Shown here: in pieces, positions 57,982 through 64,000 of the stretch
Position numbering within the stretch: position 1 is the first letter of the stretch
Layout of the letters: every line of letters starts with the position of its first letter
Assembly (NCBI GenBank): GCA_038230375.1
Contig: JBBRNJ010000030.1
Span: forward strand, 1 to 64,000
Source: Polyangiales bacterium
GTDB taxonomy: Bacteria; Myxococcota_A; Polyangia; Polyangiales; Polyangiaceae
Direction: 5' to 3'
Length of the DNA stretch: 64,000 bases
Notes under the pieces: model-generated
Seen by the model: the letters and a program-made list of their open reading frames with translations, nothing else
The model's database searches: none
Told to the model about the DNA's origin: nothing
Made by a program: the position numbers and the translations under genes

Positions 57982-59331
57982 TCAGAGCTTCGTGCGCTTC
58001 TTTTGCTCTCTGACGTAGGCCTCCACTTCCTCGTCCTCTACTTCCTCACGCTTCGCCTGGACCACGACCCTGACCTTCTCCTCTGCCTCCGCGTCGATCC
58101 TGGTCTTCGTCACGGGGTGCAGCGGCGGGTCCCCAAGGCTCCATCTGATTGCATTCTGCATGTTTCGCTTGGCGCGGTCCCCTGCACCGCTCACCTGCGC
58201 TGCGGCGCGATGCAGCGCGTCCTTGGCAAAGAACACCGCCAGCAGGCGCAGGACCACCGGAACCACGACCGTGAGCGCGAGCGCCACTGCCACGATCGCG
58301 ATCGTGAGGCCGAGCACGAACAGCACGGAGATGGGCCACGGTGGCGCAGACGGACGCGGTCGCGGTCTCCATCCGTCGCGCCTCTGCTGCCTGCGCGCGC
58401 GCTTCTCCGCACGTCGGGCCTGGCGCTCGGCCCGCGCCTCCTCCTTGAGCCGCTGGAAGGTCTCGTCGCGCTCCTTCTTTCGCCTGCGCCGCTCATCCTT
58501 GTCGAACGGCTCGGGGGGCGCACGTCTCCGCGCCTCGTCCTTGTCCTTGGCGCGCGGATCGGCGCGCGGGTCGAACACCGGGACCACGCTCGCTCGCTTG
58601 TCCGGATCGGGCTCGAGCATCTTCTCGAGGATCTCGACGAGCTCCGCGCTCACCGTCTTCCCGAGCGCCGCGCGCACGTCCACCGCCAGCCCCTTGTGCG
58701 GCAGGTCCTCTGGCTCCTTGCCCGTGAGCATGGTCAGCGCGGTCGCGCCGATCGCATACACGTCCGACGCGGGCAGCGCGCGGCCCTGGAACTGCTCCGG
58801 CGCCATGTAGCCGAACGTGCCGACCACCGTGGACCCGCCCTCTGGCTTCAGCCGGTCGCGCACGGCACCAAAGTCGACGAACGCAAATGATCCGTCCGGC
58901 CTCTTGATCACGTTTCCAGGCTTCAAATCTCGGTGGATCACGGGCGGCGTGCGCGTATGGAGATAGCGGAGCACGTCGGACGCATCCGCGAGCAAGCGGC
59001 GCACGTCCTTCTCCGACAGCGCGCCGTGGCGACGCTTCATCAACCCAAGGCTCTCCCCTTCGATCTTCTCCATCACCAGGAAGAGCGCGCCATCCTCCTC
59101 GAAGTGATCGAAGTAAGCGGGCAGCCGCGGATGCGAGAGCGAGCGCAGCACGTTGACCTCGCGCTCGGCGAGCTCGAGTTCCTTCCACGTCTTCGCGCCG
59201 CGCACCTCCATGCGCTTCACGACCACCGCCCGTCCCGCGAGCTTGTCGACCGCGTCGTACGTCTTGCCCTGCGCGCCATCCGCGAACAGGCCAAGCAGGA
59301 CATAGCGGCCGTCCTTCAGGGACTCGTTCAT
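57982..59331 (-). CDS. Ser/Thr protein kinase with C-terminal membrane segment
   Basis: GAQGKTY, VVVK, HRDLKPGN, DFG, GYMAPE, SDVYAIG. Confidence 0.95.
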   Translation of the reverse strand: MNESLKDGRYVLLGLFADGAQGKTYDAVDKLAGRAVVVKRMEVRGAKTWKELELAEREVNVLRSLSHPRLPAYFDHFEEDGALFLVMEKIEGESLGLMKRRHGALSEKDVRRLLADASDVLRYLHTRTPPVIHRDLKPGNVIKRPDGSFAFVDFGAVRDRLKPEGGSTVVGTFGYMAPEQFQGRALPASDVYAIGATALTMLTGKEPEDLPHKGLAVDVRAALGKTVSAELVEILEKMLEPDPDKRASVVPVFDPRADPRAKDKDEARRRAPPEPFDKDERRRRKKERDETFQRLKEEARAERQARRAEKRARRQQRRDGWRPRPRPSAPPWPISVLFVLGLTIAIVAVALALTVVVPVVLRLLAVFFAKDALHRAAAQVSGAGDRAKRNMQNAIRWSLGDPPLHPVTKTRIDAEAEEKVRVVVQAKREEVEDEEVEAYVREQKKRTKL

Positions 59332-59361
59332 CGAAGGACGGAGCTTACTCCGCCCGCGCGC

Positions 59362-59646
59362 TCAGGGCTCGACCTTCACGCCCTTCCAGAACGCCACGAA
59401 GCCGGTCACGTTCTTCGCCGCGTCCTTCGGCGCCGGATAGAACCATGCGGCGTCTGCGTTGACTTTTCCATCCACGACCACATCGTAGTAGCTCGCCACG
59501 CCCTTCCACCCGCACGTCGTGTGCGTGGCGCTCGGGCGGAAGTGCTCTTGCACGAGCGCCTCGAGCGGAAAGTAGATGTTGCCTTCGACTGTCTCGAAGC
59601 TCGGTGACTCGGCGATCACGCGTCCGTTCCAACTGGCCTTGGGCAT
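59362..59646 (-). CDS. DUF427 family protein
   Basis: KASWNG.VIAES, VEGN.YFP, C.WKG.ASYY, AAW.YP.PK, VAFWKGV. Confidence 0.93.
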   Translation of the reverse strand: MPKASWNGRVIAESPSFETVEGNIYFPLEALVQEHFRPSATHTTCGWKGVASYYDVVVDGKVNADAAWFYPAPKDAAKNVTGFVAFWKGVKVEP

Positions 59647-59690
59647 GGGAACTATGATGCGCGAACGTCCGCTTTCGTTTCTCCCACGCG

Positions 59691-60347
59691 CTAGAGCTCG
59701 AAGCTAAAGCTGCGTCGCGAGCTGGACGCGCCAGGCGTGGGCGACCCTGCGGCGCCGCCATCTGCCCCCGCAGCGCTGGCGCTGGGTCCGCTGGGCGGCG
59801 ACAGGTTCATGGTGGTGCCGAACGTGTGATTTCCCACGCGCGCGGTGACGCGCACCTTCACCGGGAGCGGCGCGCTCTTCGCGTCGACGAGGCGCACTTC
59901 CACGGTGTATTTCCCGCGCGGAACGTCGAGCCCCTCCATGAAGATGTTCTCGATGTTCTGTCCGTGGCAGCCGTTCTCGCCGGGGCAGTCCTTGTCCAGG
60001 TGAAGGCCACCCTTGCTCGCGCGGCTGGTCTCGTCCACGCGCTCGCCGTTCGGGTCCGTGACGATGAGGTCCACGTCCGCCGGGCTGTCACCCCATGCGA
60101 CGGTGAACTGGAGCACCCCCGTGGTGATGCCGCAGCCCTCGTCGATGACGCCGTTGCAGTTGTCGTCGATCGCGTTGAAGCACAGCTCCGGGCCGGACGG
60201 TGTGCAGCCGACCTGAAGGTCCACGCCATCACCCGGCGTGACGTTCTTCTCGGTCAGGTTCGCGACCTCCGGCGCGTCCGCGCCCTTGCCGGGGCCGCAC
60301 GCCATGACAAGGACGAGCGACACGGTCGCGAACGCGGAGACACGCAT
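59691..60347 (-). CDS. Lipoprotein with Cys/Asp metal-binding motif and YfaP/DUF2135-like domain
   Basis: Lipobox VMAC; ELCFNAIDDNCNGVIDEGC; W....DVDL.VTDP.GE, GG.HLD.D, ENI, G.Y.V.V. Confidence 0.85.
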   Translation of the reverse strand: MRVSAFATVSLVLVMACGPGKGADAPEVANLTEKNVTPGDGVDLQVGCTPSGPELCFNAIDDNCNGVIDEGCGITTGVLQFTVAWGDSPADVDLIVTDPNGERVDETSRASKGGLHLDKDCPGENGCHGQNIENIFMEGLDVPRGKYTVEVRLVDAKSAPLPVKVRVTARVGNHTFGTTMNLSPPSGPSASAAGADGGAAGSPTPGASSSRRSFSFEL

Positions 60348-60358
60348 GCGCGCGCGCC

Positions 60359-63037
60359 TTACTTCGGCGGCACGACGGCCGCGCCGGCAGGGACCTTCAC
60401 CTGCGGCAGCAAGTCCGTCGTGGCCTTCGGGTTCATGATCTCGAAGAACGCCTGGCGCGCCTGCTCGCCCACGGGGCCGGTCTCGCCGCGGAGCGCCATG
60501 AGGACGCCCTTCTCGCGCATGAACTTGAGGATGACGATGGCCTGATCGCGCTTCTTTGCGTCCTGCCCGAGCCCGTCGCGCATGAGGCGAATGCGGAGCT
60601 GCACGCGCGTGACCGAGTGCGGACCGTTGTCGTAGTCGATGCCCTGGATGGCGCGCGACAGGATGAGGCGCGGCCAGTCCTGAAGTGCGTCCTTCACGCG
60701 GACGTGACCGCAGGCCTGCGCGTTCGAGATCCAGCGCGCGAGGTCGCCGTTCTCGAAGTTCTTGTCGCTCCAGTAGCCGAAGGTCTGGTTGTAGATGACC
60801 TTCAGCTCCTCCATGGCGCCGGGATCGTATTCATTGAACATGGCCATCATGCGAGACACGGTGTCGGTGTCGGCGCCGATGAGGATCGCGAGCGCTGCAT
60901 CCGAGCGCACCGCCGGGTCCTTGATCAGCTCGAGGAGCTTGCTCGCCGTGGGGCCCTGGACGCCGCCAAAGCCGATCGCGCGCGCGGCCTGGTGGCGCAC
61001 CTCCAGGTCGGTGTCGGGCTTGATGAGCTCGACGAGGCCCGCCGTGGCCGAGGGCACCGGACGGTGGATGAGCGACTCCAGGTAGCAAGCGCGGATGAGC
61101 GACTCCTTCGGGTCGGGCTTGGAGAATTTCTTCACCTTGCTGACGACCTCGACCATCTGCTCGTCGGTCGCGACCCACGAGAGGGAGAAGCACGCCTCGA
61201 GGCGCGACTGCTCGTTCTCTTCCGAGTTCTCGATGTACTTGACGAGCGGCGCGTACGCCTTCGAGTCGCCCCACTGCGCGAAGCCGTGCGCCGCGCCCAC
61301 GCCGATGGCGCGGAGGGTCATGCCAAGGACCGCGAGCCCGCCCTGCTTGAGCGAGTCCATCGTGGCGTCCACCTTCGCAGGGCGGCGGGTGAGCTGCGAC
61401 TCGAGGACCGACCAGCTCTCCGGGTCCTTCATCCAGCCCAGGTAGCGGAGCCCGCTCTGCGCGGTGGCCCAGCTCTGCGGAAAGTCCTGCTGGCCCGGCT
61501 GCGGGAACCTGTCGCCGGGGTTGGCCCACTTGCGCATCCTGGGCAGCGCATCGCGTGCGTCCGCGGTAGCAAGGAAGCGGAGCGCGTTCGCGTGCGGCTG
61601 CGGCTTGTCCGTGGCCCACGAGAGCACGCCGTCCTCTGCCTGCGAGAGGATCTCAGGACGCTTGTCGGGGAAGAGCATCGCAAGGTCGGCGAGCATGCGC
61701 GCGGAGACGACGCGCTCGTTGTCGTCTTGCATGAACTCCGGGTCGTCCGCCTTGTTGTAGAGCTTCAGCGGGTCCTGCTTCATGCGCCACGCGAGGATCG
61801 GAACGGCGCGGAGATCGCCGACCTCGGCGAGGCGCATGGCGGCCTCGGTCTTCCAGTGCGGCTTCGGATTGGAGTTGATGTACGCGAGCAGCGCATCGCC
61901 TGCGCGCGGGTCTTCCAGATCGCGCATCATGTCGAAGAGCTGCTTCGTCTGGAACTTCTCGCGCTGCGGAGGATCCTTCGCCACGCTGCGGAGCGCAAGG
62001 ACCAGGCCCTTGGCGCCGACACCGTCACGCAGCGCCTCCAGGAATTTCTGGCGTGAGTCCTTGTCCGCGCGGGAGAGCGCATTGAGCAGCGGCCCCATGG
62101 CCTGCTCGTTCGCGATCTTGCCCAGACCGACTGCGGCCTCACGACCAACGTCCGCCGACTTGTCGTCGACGAGCTTGATGAGCACGCCCGTGTACTTCGG
62201 GTCTGCGTTCTTCGACAGCATCGTGGAGACGAGCTGGCGAACGCTCTCGCTGTCGTCACCAGCAAGGCTGGCGATCCTGTCGAGCGGGACCATCGCCGCC
62301 ATGACCTCGGGGTCGAACGTGGGGTTGCCGTCGAGCTTCTGTACCTTCGCAAGGTGTCCGACGCGGTACTCCTTCATCACCTCGTCAAAGGCGGCGGGCT
62401 CGTGCAGCGCGGCGAGAGACCATGCGATCTGGGGCTTGTCGCCGGAGTCCGCCTCTGCGAGCGCCTTCAAGAGCGCCGGCTTGGCGCTGTCGGCAGCCGG
62501 CGAGCCGTACTCGAGCAGCGCGGAGGCCGCCGTACCGCGGATGCGGTGGTCAACGTTCTCGAGCCCCTTGATGATCAGCGGCAGGCCTGCCGGATCGCGC
62601 TCCCATGCGAGCTGCGCGAACGCCTCTTCCTGCATCTTCGGCACGTCGCTGCGCGCCGCCCACTCGCGCCACTTCGGCATCTGCTGCTCCTTCGTGAGGA
62701 GCGCGAGGTTCTTCTTCTCGTCCGCGATCTGCTTCTGCGTGAGCGATTCCGCGTCCTGCTTCAGGCCGAAGAAGACCGCGAGGCCGACGCCCGCAACGAG
62801 CAGCATGCCCACGAGGACCGCGACCATGCCGAAGCGACCCTTCTTGAAGTCGCCGTCGCCACCGCCGTAGCCACCACCACCGAAGTTTCCGCCAACGGGT
62901 GCGCCGCCGCCGGGCGGCAAGGCTCCACCGGGCGCGCCACCACTGGGGATGTCCGCGTCATCCGGCGGCCACTTGGCGGCGTAGACTGCCGGGAGGTTCG
63001 AAGGCTTCGTGTGCGGAGCGTGTTGCGGGTGGTTCAT
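60359..63037 (-). CDS. Single-pass membrane HEAT-repeat protein
   Basis: Gly/Pro-rich N-terminus, TM, multiple D..VR..AA..LG HEAT-like repeats. Confidence 0.9.
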   Translation of the reverse strand: MNHPQHAPHTKPSNLPAVYAAKWPPDDADIPSGGAPGGALPPGGGAPVGGNFGGGGYGGGDGDFKKGRFGMVAVLVGMLLVAGVGLAVFFGLKQDAESLTQKQIADEKKNLALLTKEQQMPKWREWAARSDVPKMQEEAFAQLAWERDPAGLPLIIKGLENVDHRIRGTAASALLEYGSPAADSAKPALLKALAEADSGDKPQIAWSLAALHEPAAFDEVMKEYRVGHLAKVQKLDGNPTFDPEVMAAMVPLDRIASLAGDDSESVRQLVSTMLSKNADPKYTGVLIKLVDDKSADVGREAAVGLGKIANEQAMGPLLNALSRADKDSRQKFLEALRDGVGAKGLVLALRSVAKDPPQREKFQTKQLFDMMRDLEDPRAGDALLAYINSNPKPHWKTEAAMRLAEVGDLRAVPILAWRMKQDPLKLYNKADDPEFMQDDNERVVSARMLADLAMLFPDKRPEILSQAEDGVLSWATDKPQPHANALRFLATADARDALPRMRKWANPGDRFPQPGQQDFPQSWATAQSGLRYLGWMKDPESWSVLESQLTRRPAKVDATMDSLKQGGLAVLGMTLRAIGVGAAHGFAQWGDSKAYAPLVKYIENSEENEQSRLEACFSLSWVATDEQMVEVVSKVKKFSKPDPKESLIRACYLESLIHRPVPSATAGLVELIKPDTDLEVRHQAARAIGFGGVQGPTASKLLELIKDPAVRSDAALAILIGADTDTVSRMMAMFNEYDPGAMEELKVIYNQTFGYWSDKNFENGDLARWISNAQACGHVRVKDALQDWPRLILSRAIQGIDYDNGPHSVTRVQLRIRLMRDGLGQDAKKRDQAIVILKFMREKGVLMALRGETGPVGEQARQAFFEIMNPKATTDLLPQVKVPAGAAVVPPK

Positions 63038-63088
63038 GGCGGCGGTTTCCGGGCCGCGACCATAGCAAGAAACAAGATGGGAGGTGGC

Positions 63089-63781
63089 TCAACCTGCGTG
63101 GCGTTTTCCGCCCAGGAACGCGGCGGAAATCGGAATGACCGCCCCAAAATCTCGTGCGCCTGGACCGGGCGGGGGCGGCTCGACAAACGAGAACGGGTCG
63201 TCGGAGATACGCGCGGCCTCGGCGAGCAGGGCCACGAACGTCGCGCCGATGGTCCGAGCGCTTGACAGCCGCGCAGCCGAACGGTGCGCGAAGCATCGGC
63301 CGAAGAAGCCGGAAAGGAGGGCATCCGTCGCGCCGCCGAAGGCATCGGGAACGATGATGGGGAATGCCAGCGCACGGAGAAGCTCGTCGGCGTGCGAGGC
63401 CCGAAACGGCAACTGCCCATACGTGCAACGATAGAGCAGCACCCCGAACGCCCAGCAGTCGACGCGTGCGTCTGGCGCGAAGCCAAGGAGTGTCTCGGGG
63501 GATGCGTAGCCGGTGGCCGGATCCGGGAACGCGGGCGCACCGCGCGGCGTACCGACATGCGCAAGGCCGAGCACCGTGGCGTGCTCCGAGGGGTCGGCGA
63601 TCGCGACGTGCACGTTCGCGGGCGAGAGCTCGCCATGAATGGCGTCCATCGCGTGCAGCTCCGAGAGGAGCGCGGCGACCTCCGTGGCCAACATGCCGGT
63701 CGCGCGCGGGTGCAGGCGTTCGTCGCGGAGGAGACGCGCCGCCAGTGTCTCGTGCTTCTGATTCAGGGCTATTCGCGTCAC
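63089..63781 (-). CDS. Kinase C-lobe-only pseudokinase-like protein
   Basis: HGELSPANV, LGLA in the DFG position, GYASPE, DCWAFGVLLY...GQLPF; GTG at 63781 overlaps the upstream stop. Confidence 0.7.
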   Translation of the reverse strand: MTRIALNQKHETLAARLLRDERLHPRATGMLATEVAALLSELHAMDAIHGELSPANVHVAIADPSEHATVLGLAHVGTPRGAPAFPDPATGYASPETLLGFAPDARVDCWAFGVLLYRCTYGQLPFRASHADELLRALAFPIIVPDAFGGATDALLSGFFGRCFAHRSAARLSSARTIGATFVALLAEAARISDDPFSFVEPPPPGPGARDFGAVIPISAAFLGGKRHAG

Positions 63782-63999
63782 GAAGAGACATCCAGCACGG
63801 ACCGTGCCCACTCCGAGATCTCGAAGAGCGCGGGAAAATCAGCACCGAGCGACATTCCCCCACCGTGGATCGTCAACGCGGTGGCGAAAACGACCTCGAC
63901 TGATGTGGTAGCTTTTGAGATGCCAATGCCGAAGCGGCGCAGGATGTTCTTCTCGTCCGGCGTGCTCGTGTGCATCGCGATCGCAGCGTCCTGTCGCGA
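63778..63999 (-). CDS. 3' end of a hypothetical CDS entering from outside the window
   Basis: Frame open from the window edge to TGA at 63778. Confidence 0.5.
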   Translation of the reverse strand, partial: SRQDAAIAMHTSTPDEKNILRRFGIGISKATTSVEVVFATALTIHGGGMSLGADFPALFEISEWARSVLDVSS

Positions 64000-64000
64000 G

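Overview
High-GC, densely coding bacterial chromosome segment. The gene content points to a myxobacterium (Myxococcota, probably Polyangiales/Sorangiineae-like; inference): many Hanks-type Ser/Thr kinases, TPR-PEGA proteins, a MYXO-CTERM protein and about 16 predicted lipoproteins with Asp/Ala/Gly-rich linkers. About 55 CDS are supportable. Recognisable genes are aqpZ, rpsT, yacG, an acyl-CoA dehydrogenase, a FadF/HdrD-like Fe-S oxidoreductase, a persulfide dioxygenase-rhodanese fusion, a type III PKS, a WYL regulator and a Uma2 nuclease. No rRNA, tRNA, CRISPR array or transposase was seen. The main candidate system lies at ~3.7-16.5 kb. It has six predicted c-type heme lipoproteins (10 heme-binding motifs, two of them CX4CH), a Cys-rich lipoprotein truncated globin, a MYXO-CTERM protein and a TPR-PEGA-DUF3570-like outer-membrane barrel, arranged as two convergent operons plus the divergent globin gene. 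The second candidate is a mirror-arranged PEGA<-kinase | lipoprotein->lipoprotein->kinase->PEGA module at 32.5-42.2 kb. Other oddities are a TerB-phosphoglycosyltransferase fusion, a motif-degenerate PrsW homolog, a C10-like protease with a beta-trefoil insert and a hexamer microsatellite next to a WYL operator. All family calls come from motif recognition by eye; no database search was run.
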